Shown: in pieces, positions 1 to 8,872 of the stretch
How the letters are laid out: each line of letters begins with the position of its first letter
Numbering within the stretch: position 1 is the first letter of the stretch
Source of the DNA: Parasynechococcus marenigrum WH 8102
GTDB taxonomy: Bacteria; Cyanobacteriota; Cyanobacteriia; PCC-6307; Cyanobiaceae
Direction: 5' to 3'
Assembly (NCBI RefSeq): GCF_000195975.1
Contig: NC_005070.1
Coordinates: 810,001-842,000, forward strand
Length of the DNA: 32,000 nucleotides
Made by a program: the position numbers and the translations under genes
Notes under the pieces: generated by a model
The model's database searches: none
What the model was told of the DNA's origin: nothing
Seen by the model: only the letters and a program-made list of their open reading frames with translations

Positions 1-1068
1 GGCGGCACCAGCTCCAGGGCTGCGGCGGAAGGCCAGTGGACGTTGGATCTGCGTCGCACCATGACGGGGATCACCTGGAATGCTGCAGATCAGACGGTGC
101 GCATCGGGGGTGGATGCCGGATGGGGCAGGTGCTGGAGCAGCTGCATCCCCTCGGGCGCACCGTGAGCGCAGGGCTGTCCGGCTGGCCGGGTGTCGGCTA
201 TGTGCTGACGGGGGGGATGGGGCCCTTGAGTCGTGAGCAGGGCCTGGCGGTGGACCAGCTTCAGGCGATTGCAGGGGTCTGGGGCAGTGGTGAACCCTTC
301 CTGCTGCGCCGTGATCACGATCAGGCCTCGGCGGAGTGGCGTGGCCTCTGTGGAGCGGCACCGTTTTTGGCGGTGGTGCGTGAGGTGGTGCTCGCCACCC
401 AGCCCCTTCGCCCCCTCTGGATCAAAGCGTCGACGGGATCGCCCGATCAGCTGCCGGATTGGCTTGTCGCTGCGGAGTGCTCCGACCCCAGCACCACCCT
501 TCAATGGAGCTGGAGTGCTGATGGCAGCCTCCGGCGGCTGCAGGTGTCTGGCTATGAACAGCCCGGTTGGCAGCGGATTGATGGACTGCACCAACTGCCG
601 CCCCTGACGCCCCCGCCCTCAGGTGAATCCCGCCTGCATGGCGAGGTGGTGGGTCTGCTCGGACCGGCCCATGGCGAGTGTTGGCGCCGTTTGCTGCCGG
701 AGCTGCGGGCGCTGATGCATCGCTGCCCCCATGGCGGCTGCAGCCTGTCCAGCCAGCAGCTGGGAGATGCCACCGCTGCAGTGCCTACTGAAGCCACGTC
801 ATTTGTGCATCGTGATGCGGTTTGGAAGCCATGGATCACAGCGGTCTGGCCTGCCGGAGATGCAGAGGCCCGTCAGCGCAGCCTCCGGTGGTTATGCGAG
901 CTGTGGTCCGTGCTGGAGCCGCTCTGCCCAGGTGTGCATCTGGCGCAGTTGCATGACCATCTGCCCTTTCATCAGCGGGAGTTGGAATTGGCTTTCGGAC
1001 CCTGGTTGCCTGGACTGCGTCAACTCAAGGCACGTCGGGATCCAGACGGCACCTTGCCAGGGCTCTAA
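1..1068 (+). CDS. FAD-linked oxidase (PCMH/BBE-like), 5'-truncated by window edge
   Basis: Frame 1 is open from base 1. The Gly-rich segment SAGLSGWPGVGYVLTGGMGPLSREQGLAVDQL fits the FAD_binding_4 pattern. The C-terminal LKARRDPDGTL resembles a BBE-type tail. Stop TAA at 1066-1068. Confidence 0.65.
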   Translation, partial: GGTSSRAAAEGQWTLDLRRTMTGITWNAADQTVRIGGGCRMGQVLEQLHPLGRTVSAGLSGWPGVGYVLTGGMGPLSREQGLAVDQLQAIAGVWGSGEPFLLRRDHDQASAEWRGLCGAAPFLAVVREVVLATQPLRPLWIKASTGSPDQLPDWLVAAECSDPSTTLQWSWSADGSLRRLQVSGYEQPGWQRIDGLHQLPPLTPPPSGESRLHGEVVGLLGPAHGECWRRLLPELRALMHRCPHGGCSLSSQQLGDATAAVPTEATSFVHRDAVWKPWITAVWPAGDAEARQRSLRWLCELWSVLEPLCPGVHLAQLHDHLPFHQRELELAFGPWLPGLRQLKARRDPDGTLPGL

Positions 1069-1097
1069 TTTACGGTCCCTTCTGGCTTTGGCGTCCG

Positions 1098-2660
1098 GTG
1101 ATGGCCCAGCGTTCCAGTCCAGCTCTGGTGAATCAATGGTTCGCCAACCCCAGCAAGGATTTGCTTTCGGGCCTGGTGGTGGCCTTCGCGATGATCCCGG
1201 AGGCGATCGCCTTCTCCGGCATCGCCGGGGTGGACCCGAAGGTCGGCCTGTTCGGGGCCTTCTGTCTGTCACTCACCATTGCCGTGGTGGGTGGTCGCAT
1301 GGCGATGATCACCTCCGCCACCGGTTCAACGGCCCTGCTGATGACGGGACTGGTCGCAGCCGGTGAAGCCCGGGGTGCCGGGCTCGGGGTGCAGTATCTG
1401 ATGGTGGCGGGTCTGGTCACCGGCCTGCTGCAGATCCTCTGGGGCTACCTCCGGCTGGCGTATCAGATGCGGTTCGTGCCCCAGGGCGTGCTCAGCGGCT
1501 TCGTCAATGCCCTGGCGCTGCTGATCTTCCAGGCGCAATTGCCTCAGCTGGGCCTGGATCTGCATGCCGGCGGTGATGGCCACGCTGGTGGTCTGTTGCC
1601 CCACGGTGGTCAGATTCCAATCGTCTGGGGTCTGGTGCTGCTGGGTCTGGTGATCATTTATGGCCTGCCGAGGCTTACCCGGCTGGTGCCGTCCCAGCTG
1701 GTGGCCATTGTTGTGCTCACGGTCATCAGCATCGGCTTCAACCTGGACATTCCCAGCGTCAGCAGTCTTGGAACGCTGCCGGATGGATTGCCCACCTTCG
1801 CGGTTCCCTTCGGCGCGGGTGGTGTTCCCTTCAACCTCGACACCCTGGGCCTGGTGCTCCCCACAGCCTTGGCCATTTCCCTGGTGGGTCTGATGGAGAC
1901 CTTCCTGACTCAGGACATCCTTGACGACAAGACCGACACCACCACCAACAAAAACGTGGAGGCCCGTGGACAGGGCATCGCCAACATCGTGGCGTCGTTG
2001 TTCGGAGGCATGGCGGGCTGTGCCCTGGTGGGTCAATCGGTGATGAATGTGGACAACGGCGGCCGTACGCGTCTCTCAACCCTGTTCTCCGGCGTTAGCC
2101 TTCTGGCGATGATCCTGCTTGCCGGCCCCTGGCTGAAGCAGATCCCGATGGCAGCCCTGGTGGCGGTGATGATCAGCATCGCCGTGAGCACGGCAGACAT
2201 CAACGGCCTGCGCAACCTGCGCCGCATCCCCAAGAGCGACACCTCGGTGATGCTGATGACCTTCGCTGTCACCATGCTCACCACGCCCCACAACCTGGCG
2301 TTGGGGGTGTTGGCCGGTGTGGCCCTCGCGGGAATTCTGTTCAGCCGCAAGGTGGCCAAGGTGATCCAGGTGGAAGCGATCGATGTGAGCGATCAGGAGC
2401 GCCGTTACCGGGTTGTCGGTCAGTTGTTCTTCGTCAGCAAGGTCTATTTCCTGCAGGGATTTGATCTGCACGATCATCCCGAGAGAATTGTGATCGATCT
2501 CTCCTCAGCCCACATCTGGGATCAGAGCGGCGTGGCGGCGCTCGATCAGGTGATGCGTAAATTCCGCCTGGGGGGATCCGAGGTCTCCGTGGAAGGCCTG
2601 AACGACGAAAGCCTGGATCTGTTTGAGCGGATCGGAGGTAAGGAGTCCGCCCATGCCTGA
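1098..2660 (+). CDS. SulP-family inorganic anion (sulfate/bicarbonate-type) permease with C-terminal STAS domain
   Basis: 520 aa. The N-terminal [23 protein letters not shown] matches the SulP region. Many hydrophobic segments are present. The C-terminal part ([11 protein letters not shown]...[18 protein letters not shown]) is STAS-like. Confidence 0.9.
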   Translation: MMAQRSSPALVNQWFANPSKDLLSGLVVAFAMIPEAIAFSGIAGVDPKVGLFGAFCLSLTIAVVGGRMAMITSATGSTALLMTGLVAAGEARGAGLGVQYLMVAGLVTGLLQILWGYLRLAYQMRFVPQGVLSGFVNALALLIFQAQLPQLGLDLHAGGDGHAGGLLPHGGQIPIVWGLVLLGLVIIYGLPRLTRLVPSQLVAIVVLTVISIGFNLDIPSVSSLGTLPDGLPTFAVPFGAGGVPFNLDTLGLVLPTALAISLVGLMETFLTQDILDDKTDTTTNKNVEARGQGIANIVASLFGGMAGCALVGQSVMNVDNGGRTRLSTLFSGVSLLAMILLAGPWLKQIPMAALVAVMISIAVSTADINGLRNLRRIPKSDTSVMLMTFAVTMLTTPHNLALGVLAGVALAGILFSRKVAKVIQVEAIDVSDQERRYRVVGQLFFVSKVYFLQGFDLHDHPERIVIDLSSAHIWDQSGVAALDQVMRKFRLGGSEVSVEGLNDESLDLFERIGGKESAHA

Positions 2661-2837
2661 GACATGGGTGGCGCTCACGCTCAGTTCCGATTTGTTGTTC
2701 TAAGCCGCTCGATTGTGGTCGTCCCATCCAACGACCAGCGGGTGCATGAGCGGCCCTAAATGCCCGTGGACGTTCAAGGCGTTGCCCTGCTGGGGCCATG
2801 AATCTGGGACAATCCCTCCCGATCCGTACTAAAGCTG

Positions 2838-3899
2838 ATGATCCGATCCAGTCGTCGTATCTTGATCGGAGCCATCACTGTTGTGGCTGGGCTGCTGGGC
2901 GGATGTGCCTCCCTGGACGAGGCCGGTCGTTCTCGGTTGGATCTGGTGAAGCAGAGGGATGAGCTTCTCTGTGGTGTGAGCGGCAAGATTCCTGGCTTCA
3001 GTTTCCTTACGCCGAAGGGCACCTACACCGGGCTTGATGTCGACATCTGTCGAGCCATGGCTGCTGCCTTCCTCGGCGATGCCGACAAGGTTCAATACCG
3101 ACCGCTGACGGCGCCAGAGCGATTCACTGCACTGCGCTCCGGCGAGATTGATCTGCTGTCCCGCAACACCACCCATACTCTCAGCCGTGATGCGGAGGGT
3201 GGCAATGGCCTTGGTTTCGCTCCTGTGGTGTTCCATGACGGCCAGGGCTTGATCGTGCCCGTCAACAGCGGTGTGACGAGCCTTGCTGATCTGAGCGGTC
3301 AAGCGATTTGTGTGGGGTCGGGCACCACAACCGAGCAGAACCTCAACGACGCCTTTGCCTCCAAGGGGATCCCTTACACCCCGATCAAGTACCAGGATCT
3401 CAATCAGGTGGTGGGCGGCTACCTGCAGGGACGCTGTCAGGCCATGACCTCAGACCGCTCGCAATTGGCCGCAGCCCGCTCCGGGTTCATTGAGCCGGAA
3501 GGCCATGTGATTCTTGAAGACCGTCTCAGCAAAGAGCCTCTGGCTCCGGCGGTGGTCGGCGGTGATCAGCGCTTGGTTGATGCCATGACCTGGGTTGTGT
3601 ATGCCTTGATCGAGGCGGAGGAGCGTGGAATCACCCAAGCCAATCTCGATCGTCAACTGCGTGCCGCTGAGGCGGATCCATCCCAGGCGGCCATGCGGAG
3701 ATTCCTGGGCGTTGATGGCGGTCTGGGCCGCAAGCTCGGACTTCCTGATGATTTCGTCGTTCAGGCCATCCGGGCCACCGGCAACTACGGCGAGATCTAC
3801 GACCGCCACCTCGGGCCGGAGAGCCCGGTGGCAATACCCCGTGGCGCCAACCGCCTCGCCGAGGATGGCGGTTTGATGATCGCGCCCCCATTCACCTGA
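2838..3899 (+). CDS. natF: Polar/general amino-acid ABC transporter, periplasmic substrate-binding lipoprotein (AapJ/NatF type)
   Basis: Lipobox LLGGCAS follows a signal sequence and the body is SBP-like. It is the first of four genes, linked by a TGATG stop/start overlap at 3897-3901. Confidence 0.8.
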   Translation: MIRSSRRILIGAITVVAGLLGGCASLDEAGRSRLDLVKQRDELLCGVSGKIPGFSFLTPKGTYTGLDVDICRAMAAAFLGDADKVQYRPLTAPERFTALRSGEIDLLSRNTTHTLSRDAEGGNGLGFAPVVFHDGQGLIVPVNSGVTSLADLSGQAICVGSGTTTEQNLNDAFASKGIPYTPIKYQDLNQVVGGYLQGRCQAMTSDRSQLAAARSGFIEPEGHVILEDRLSKEPLAPAVVGGDQRLVDAMTWVVYALIEAEERGITQANLDRQLRAAEADPSQAAMRRFLGVDGGLGRKLGLPDDFVVQAIRATGNYGEIYDRHLGPESPVAIPRGANRLAEDGGLMIAPPFT

Positions 3900-4789
3900 T
3901 GCGCCGTCATCGTCTGCTGCTGCAGCTGGGCTTGGCTCTGCTGTTGCTGGCCCTGATCGCTCTGCTGATCAACAACCTCACCGTGAACCTGATCCGCACG
4001 GGACTTGGTCTCGGTTTCGGTTGGCTCAGTCGTCCAGCGGGGTTCGCTCTGGCGGAAACAGCGCTCCCCTACGCACCCTCCGACTCGTATCTCTGGGCGT
4101 TGACCATCGGTTGGCTGAACAGCCTCAAGGTGATCCTTGCGGGTCTGGTGCTGGCCACGCTTCTCGGTGTCGCGGCCGGTGCGGCCCGCAACAGCGGAAA
4201 CCGCCTGCTGCGCAGTCTTGCGGGCACCTATGTCGCCCTGATCCGCCAGGTCCCGTTGCTGCTGCAGCTGTTGTTCTGGTATTTCGTGGCCTTCCTCGGC
4301 CTGCCGTCGATGCCTGTGGGCGGCTTGATTCAGTTGTCCAATCAGGGCATCCAACTGTTGGGGCTGAATCTGAGTGTGGAGTTCTGCGCTGTTCTCACCG
4401 GACTGACGGTGTTCACCGGGGCGTCCATTGCTGAAATCGTCCGCGGCGGCATCAACGCCGTGCCCCGGGGGCAATGGGAGGCTTTCCGCAGCCTCGGGCT
4501 GAATGAGGGCCTTGGCCTGCGGCGGATCGTGCTGCCCCAGGCGTTGCCGGCCATCCTGCCGGCACTTACCAGTCAATACCTCAACCTGGCCAAGAACAGC
4601 ACTCTTGCCATCGCCGTTGGCTATGCGGATCTTTATGCCGTCAGCGACACCACGATCACTCAGACGGGACGTGCCATCGAAGGATTTTTGTTGCTGTTGC
4701 TCAGCTTTCTGCTGCTCAATCTGCTGATCAGCGGCGGTATGGCGGCGCTCAACGGTGCGGTGCTGAGTCGTGTTCGGAGGAGCCGCTGA
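3899..4789 (+). CDS. natG: Amino-acid ABC transporter permease (AapQ/NatG type)
   Basis: Multi-TM protein with the EAA-type loop ASIAEIVRGGINAVPRGQWEAFRSLGL. Start and stop overlap the flanking genes by 1 nt each. Confidence 0.85.
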   Translation: MRRHRLLLQLGLALLLLALIALLINNLTVNLIRTGLGLGFGWLSRPAGFALAETALPYAPSDSYLWALTIGWLNSLKVILAGLVLATLLGVAAGAARNSGNRLLRSLAGTYVALIRQVPLLLQLLFWYFVAFLGLPSMPVGGLIQLSNQGIQLLGLNLSVEFCAVLTGLTVFTGASIAEIVRGGINAVPRGQWEAFRSLGLNEGLGLRRIVLPQALPAILPALTSQYLNLAKNSTLAIAVGYADLYAVSDTTITQTGRAIEGFLLLLLSFLLLNLLISGGMAALNGAVLSRVRRSR

Positions 4790-5763
4790 TGACCCGCTGG
4801 CTGGATCGTCTGATCACGCTGCTGATGTTGGCGCTGCTTAGCTGGGGCGGTTGGGTTGTGGTGCATTGGCTCCTGCATGGGGCCGACTGGTCCGTGGTGA
4901 GCGCCAACCTGCCGCTCTTTGCCGTGGGCAGTTACCCCTCGGATCAGCGTTGGCGGCCCCTGCTCTGGATCTCAACCTGCGTGGTGCTGGTGGTGTTGAC
5001 GCTGACGGCGCCAAGGGGGGCGGGCTGGCGCCGTGCGTTGCCCCCGCTCTGGATTGCCATGGCGCCGCTGGGATTGTGGTTACTGGCGGGGGGGCTGGGT
5101 CTTCTGCCCGTTGGAACACGCCACTGGGGCGGACTCACCCTCACCCTGTTGCTGACAGCGGGGAGCGGCTTGCTGGCGCTGCCATTGGGGGTGTTGCTGG
5201 CCCTCGGCCGCCGCAGTGATCTGCCGGTGCTGCGCTGGAGCAGCACGGTTTATATCGAGTTGATGCGAGCCGTGCCGCTGATCGCGGTGCTGTTTTTCGG
5301 GCAACTGCTGATTCCGTTGTTCCTGCCGCCAGGGTTGGAGATCAACCGTGTGCTCCGAGCGGTGCTGGCTTTTGCCCTGTTCGCAGCGGCTTACATCGCC
5401 GAGGACGTGAGGGGCGGGTTGCAGGCGATTCCCCCCACCCAGCGGGAGGCTGCTTCAGTGCTCGGTCTGTCTCCGTTGCAGACGCTGCAGTTGGTGGTGC
5501 TGCCCCAGGCGCTGCGTGTTGCTCTGCCATCGCTCACCAATCAGGCGGTTGGGCTGCTGCAGAACACCAGCTTGATGGCGATTCTCGGCCTGGTGGAGCT
5601 GCTGGGAATCAGCCGCAGTCTGCTGGCCAATCCGGCCTTCATCGGCCGCTATTTGGAGGTGTATCTCTGGTTGGCTGCTGTTTACTGGCTGGCGTGCACG
5701 GCGATGGCTCTGCTGGCCCGCCACCTGGAAGTCCAGCTCGACCCCGTTCGATTCAACCGATGA
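4789..5763 (+). CDS. natH: Amino-acid ABC transporter permease (AapM/NatH type)
   Basis: Multi-TM protein with the EAA-type loop AAYIAEDVRGGLQAIPPTQREAASVLGLS. It shares an ATGA overlap with the next gene at 5760-5763. Confidence 0.85.
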   Translation: MTRWLDRLITLLMLALLSWGGWVVVHWLLHGADWSVVSANLPLFAVGSYPSDQRWRPLLWISTCVVLVVLTLTAPRGAGWRRALPPLWIAMAPLGLWLLAGGLGLLPVGTRHWGGLTLTLLLTAGSGLLALPLGVLLALGRRSDLPVLRWSSTVYIELMRAVPLIAVLFFGQLLIPLFLPPGLEINRVLRAVLAFALFAAAYIAEDVRGGLQAIPPTQREAASVLGLSPLQTLQLVVLPQALRVALPSLTNQAVGLLQNTSLMAILGLVELLGISRSLLANPAFIGRYLEVYLWLAAVYWLACTAMALLARHLEVQLDPVRFNR

Positions 5764-6500
5764 CTGTTGCCATCCGCGCCACCGACCTGGTGAAGAGCTA
5801 CATCGCTGGGGTGAGGGCTCTGGATCGGGTGAGTCTGGAGGTGAGCAGCGGTGAGGTGCTGGTGGTGATGGGTCCTTCCGGATCGGGAAAGAGCACCCTG
5901 ATCCGCACCTTCAACGGACTTGAGAGGCTGGATGGTGGCGCCCTCGATGTTCTTGGGGTGCGTCTGGATTCCACCCATGCTGATCCTCAGGTGCGGGCGA
6001 TCCGCCGTCGGGTGGGAATGGTGTTTCAGCAGTTCAACCTGTTCCCCCATCTCTCCATCCTTGAGAACATCTCCCTCGCGCCGGTGAAGGTGCAGAAACG
6101 TCCGAAGGCGGAGGTGGAGCAGCGGGCGCTGGAGTTACTGGAGCAAATGGGGATTCAGGAGCAGGCAGAGAAGTACCCGGCACAGCTCAGTGGCGGCCAG
6201 CAGCAACGTGTGGCGATCGCCCGGGCCCTCGCCCTGGATCCTGAGGTGATGCTCTTTGATGAACCCACCAGTGCCTTGGATCCGGAACGGGTCAAGGAGG
6301 TGCTGGATGCCATGCGTCAGCTGGCTCGCGGTGGGATGACCATGGTGGTGGTGACCCATGAGATCGGCTTCGCCCGCGAAGTGGCCGATCGCGTGATGTT
6401 CATGGATCAGGGCCAGGTGGTGGAGACGTCGGATCCAGTGACGTTTTTCTCGGGGGCTCGGGAGGAACGCAGCCGCCGCTTTCTCAGTCAGATGGTCTGA
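5760..6500 (+). CDS. bgtA: Amino-acid ABC transporter ATP-binding protein (AapP/BgtA type)
   Basis: Walker A GPSGSGKST, signature LSGGQQQRVAIARAL, Walker B MLFDEPTSALD and H-loop VVTHE are all present. I chose the start at MTVAIRATDL (ATG 5760) rather than the longer 5694 ORF because of the ATGA coupling. Confidence 0.9.
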   Translation: MTVAIRATDLVKSYIAGVRALDRVSLEVSSGEVLVVMGPSGSGKSTLIRTFNGLERLDGGALDVLGVRLDSTHADPQVRAIRRRVGMVFQQFNLFPHLSILENISLAPVKVQKRPKAEVEQRALELLEQMGIQEQAEKYPAQLSGGQQQRVAIARALALDPEVMLFDEPTSALDPERVKEVLDAMRQLARGGMTMVVVTHEIGFAREVADRVMFMDQGQVVETSDPVTFFSGAREERSRRFLSQMV

Positions 6501-6509
6501 TGTCTCGCT

Positions 6510-6758
6510 TCAGGCTCCCCGTCCAGGGCCAGGATCTGAATCCAGTTCAACGATGACGTACTCGATTCGATCGTCATCGGAGCAGCAGAGGTCGCCGTAG
6601 TAGCGCTCCAACTGCTCGTAGGCCATGTCGTAACTGCTGAAGGACTGCCCGGTCAGCCCGTCCTGTTGCCCGTCGCTGCGAATGATGCGATGAACTGGGG
6701 GGCGCTCGCGTTCCTGGTCAGCCTCAGCCATCCACAAGGGGAAGTCGCGCCAGGGCAC
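6510..6758 (-). CDS. Small acidic hypothetical protein (73-82 aa)
   Basis: GC3-rich codon pattern on the minus strand. Start is either GTG 6758 or ATG 6731 (MAEADQ...); the ATG gives an 8-nt ATGGCTGA overlap with the upstream small ORF. Confidence 0.55.
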   Translation of the reverse strand: MPWRDFPLWMAEADQERERPPVHRIIRSDGQQDGLTGQSFSSYDMAYEQLERYYGDLCCSDDDRIEYVIVELDSDPGPGRGA

Positions 6759-6921
6759 GCTCGGCTGCCACCAGTTCCCGTTCGGTACTCATCCATCTCT
6801 CATTGCCGAGGGGGAGGTTCTGGACCTGGTCGGCAAGCAGCAGCATCAGCTGCTCACAGCGTTCTCGAAGCTCCTGACGCAGCACGGCACAACCGCTAGA
6901 CAGATGAAAGCCATGGCACAT
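6724..6921 (-). CDS. Small hypothetical coiled-coil-like protein (about 65 aa)
   Basis: ATG at 6921 (MCHGFHL...). The longer 7032 start would overlap the AEC transporter gene. Codon usage is plausible and the ORF is coupled to the downstream small ORF. Confidence 0.35.
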   Translation of the reverse strand: MCHGFHLSSGCAVLRQELRERCEQLMLLLADQVQNLPLGNERWMSTERELVAAERALARLPLVDG

Positions 6922-6962
6922 GGGTGGCCGCTGTCTAGCTTCAGGGCTGGCAGTGGAAGCCC

Positions 6963-7880
6963 GTGCTGCGTTTTTTGCTGGAGTTGCTCCCCGCACTCCT
7001 GCTCGGTTTCTGGGGCGGACGTCGTTATCCAACCCTGTCCGGGCGTCTCGCTATGCCGCTGGTGCGGTTCGGCGTGCCCATCAGCGTGATGGGTCTGCTG
7101 TTGAGAGGTGGGCTCGGTGGCGAGATGGTCGTGGCCGCTGTCCTGGCCGTGCTCGCTATCGCGCTTGTGCTGCTCCTGGCCCATCGTCTGCCGGGTTTCA
7201 ACGGTCTGCAGCGATCTTCTCTGCGGCTTGGCAGTTGCATTGGCAACACCGCTTATGTGGGGATTCCACTGGCCCTGGCTTTTCTGCCGAGCGAGGCCCT
7301 GCCGATCAGTATTGGCTACGACCTCGGCGCAACGTTGCTGACCTGGAGCCTTGGTCCGATGTTCATCGGTGCGGCGCCCTTGGGCCGGTCGCCCCTGTGG
7401 AGTCATTGGTTCATCAATCTCAGCAGCAGTCCCGCAACCCGTGGCTTATTGGGAGCGTTACTGGTCCAATGGACCCCTTGGAGCTCCGTCGTCGCCGAGG
7501 CACTGTGGTGGCCTTCACGGGCGGTGATCGTTGTGGCCCTTGTGGTGGTGGGCATGCGGCTGGGGAGCCTTTCGCGCGATGCCGTGTCGTTGTCGCCGAC
7601 GCGCCTGGGATTGGTGCAGGCGCTGGTGGTCAAGCTTGGCTTGTATCCAGGACTGCTGCTTCTTTTGGGGTTCGTGTTGCCACTGAATCCTTTGATGATT
7701 CAAGCCATCACCTTGCAGGGCGCCGCCCCAACGGCCATCTCACTGTTATTAATCGCCGAGTCTGTTGGTGTTGATCAGGAGCGCGCAGCTGGCCTTGTGT
7801 TCTGGAGCACTGTTTTGTCGTTGATCACGGCTTCGCTTTGGGGGACGGCACTGTCGTTGCTGATGCCAAGTGGTGGGTGA
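6963..7880 (+). CDS. AEC (auxin efflux carrier) family membrane transporter
   Basis: 305 aa with a GTG start and about 8-10 hydrophobic helices. The N-terminal LLPALLLGFWGGRR...VRFGVPISV pattern is typical of AEC/MdcF-like permeases. Confidence 0.75.
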   Translation: MLRFLLELLPALLLGFWGGRRYPTLSGRLAMPLVRFGVPISVMGLLLRGGLGGEMVVAAVLAVLAIALVLLLAHRLPGFNGLQRSSLRLGSCIGNTAYVGIPLALAFLPSEALPISIGYDLGATLLTWSLGPMFIGAAPLGRSPLWSHWFINLSSSPATRGLLGALLVQWTPWSSVVAEALWWPSRAVIVVALVVVGMRLGSLSRDAVSLSPTRLGLVQALVVKLGLYPGLLLLLGFVLPLNPLMIQAITLQGAAPTAISLLLIAESVGVDQERAAGLVFWSTVLSLITASLWGTALSLLMPSGG

Positions 7881-8135
7881 ATGGACGGCTTCATGTTCAT
7901 TCAGAGGGTTGCTTGGAAATATCCGTCATGGTGCTAATACGTTTTATGAAGAGGTGGAGATCTGTTCGTGCCTAGGCCTTGTGACGGTCTGGCAACCGTC
8001 GTTACATTGGCGGGGTAGCGACCGGGGAATTGAGGTGCAGCAGGTGGATCTTGTCGGTTCGTTGGGACTTGTGTTGTTGATTACAGCCTTGACGGTTCTG
8101 GGATATCGCATCAACCACGTTGTTTGATTGTGAAC

Positions 8136-8150
8136 TTGCGCCAAGCGCAA
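8136..8150. other. Perfect stem-loop TTGCGC-CAA-GCGCAA in the long AT-richer convergent gap
   Basis: Read directly: 6-bp stem with a 3-nt loop. No clear U-run follows on either strand, so terminator status is uncertain. Confidence 0.3.
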
Positions 8151-8269
8151 AATTATCTGGAATTGCTAATCAGTTAAGGAGTGCTTGTTGCTTGATTGGT
8201 GAAAAGTTTTTGAGGTTAAGTGGCATGATTCGTTGTCGTTTGTGAATCGTTCTTGGAGCTGGCTGTTGC

Positions 8270-8872
8270 TCAGCGTGGTTGAAAACAGCGAAAGGTGAGG
8301 TTGATTCTTGGTGTCTTGATGCGCCTGCGCTGGGGCACGCCATGCAGCCAATCCCGTTGACATCCGGGGTGCATGATCAGCAGATCACCGCTTGTCAGCT
8401 CAAGGGTGTGACGGTGCTGCCGTTGATGGCGATGGCGCAACTGGAAGTCCCGGTTCGATCCCAGAGACAGAGAGGCGATCGGTTGGCTCTGGTCGATCTC
8501 CGCTTCGTCATCGGCATGCCACCCCATCCGGTCTTCCCCATGGCGGTAAAGGTTGAGCAGGCAGCCATTGAATCGACAGCCGCAGGCTGTGTTGACCTGG
8601 TTCAGCATGGGCAGGAACCAGTTGGGCCAGCCTGCTCCGCAGTGCCGGGTCCCGCTGTAGCGATAGGACACGTCCTGTTCTGCCAGAAACATCGTCAGAC
8701 GCGGCACCGGATGGTGGCGGCCATAGACCTGAACGATCGGTTGCTGCCAGTGAACCCTTCTCATCAAGGTTGAGGACCAATCGATGGCTGTGAGCGGCGG
8801 CAGCCAGCTGCGATGGAGGGTCCAAGGCAGGGTTGTTGATTCAGATTGGATCTGTAAGACGTCGTCTCCCAT
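8270..8872 (-). CDS. alkB: Alpha-ketoglutarate/Fe(II)-dependent dioxygenase AlkB (alkylation repair)
   Basis: Carries WHADDE (HxD), DWLHGV (distal His) and RINLTFR (2OG-binding Arg). I chose the start at MGDDVLQ (8872), giving about 200 aa as in typical AlkB. Confidence 0.8.
   Translation of the reverse strand: MGDDVLQIQSESTTLPWTLHRSWLPPLTAIDWSSTLMRRVHWQQPIVQVYGRHHPVPRLTMFLAEQDVSYRYSGTRHCGAGWPNWFLPMLNQVNTACGCRFNGCLLNLYRHGEDRMGWHADDEAEIDQSQPIASLSLGSNRDFQLRHRHQRQHRHTLELTSGDLLIMHPGCQRDWLHGVPQRRRIKTPRINLTFRCFQPR

Noticed and set aside
1203-1210. HIP1 palindrome GCGATCGC, also found at 6213-6220 and 20805-20812.
   Set aside because: I found only three exact copies in 32 kb, all within genes. That is not an enrichment or an organised repeat.
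2661-2837. Looked for an NtcA site (GTA-N8-TAC) or riboswitch upstream of the amino-acid ABC operon. Noted the hairpin TGGTCGT-N8-ACGACCA.
   Set aside because: No GTA-N8-TAC is present. The hairpin has no U-tract and shows no recognisable riboswitch core. The evidence is insufficient to call any element.
3797-4576. Long antisense ORFs opposite well-supported genes: 3797-4576, 22239-23018, 27645-28661, 28678-29406 and 1326-2036, all on the minus strand.
   Set aside because: Their translations are Arg/Gln/His/Pro-rich and low in complexity, with no motifs. This is typical of shadow frames in high-GC DNA. The opposite strand carries motif-supported genes.
7870-8127. The full 85-aa plus-strand ORF spanning the end of the AEC gene into the AT-rich gap.
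   Set aside because: Its 5' part overlaps the AEC gene's 3' end and has poor, Cys/Trp/Arg-rich composition. Only the terminal 27-30 codons (the TM peptide) look gene-like, and those are reported as a finding.
8452-8461. tRNA T-loop-like string GGTTCGATCC. Similar strings occur near 10846 and 27316.
   Set aside because: The flanking bases do not pair into a T-stem or acceptor stem, and the strings lie inside well-supported coding sequences. I could not fold a cloverleaf for any of them.
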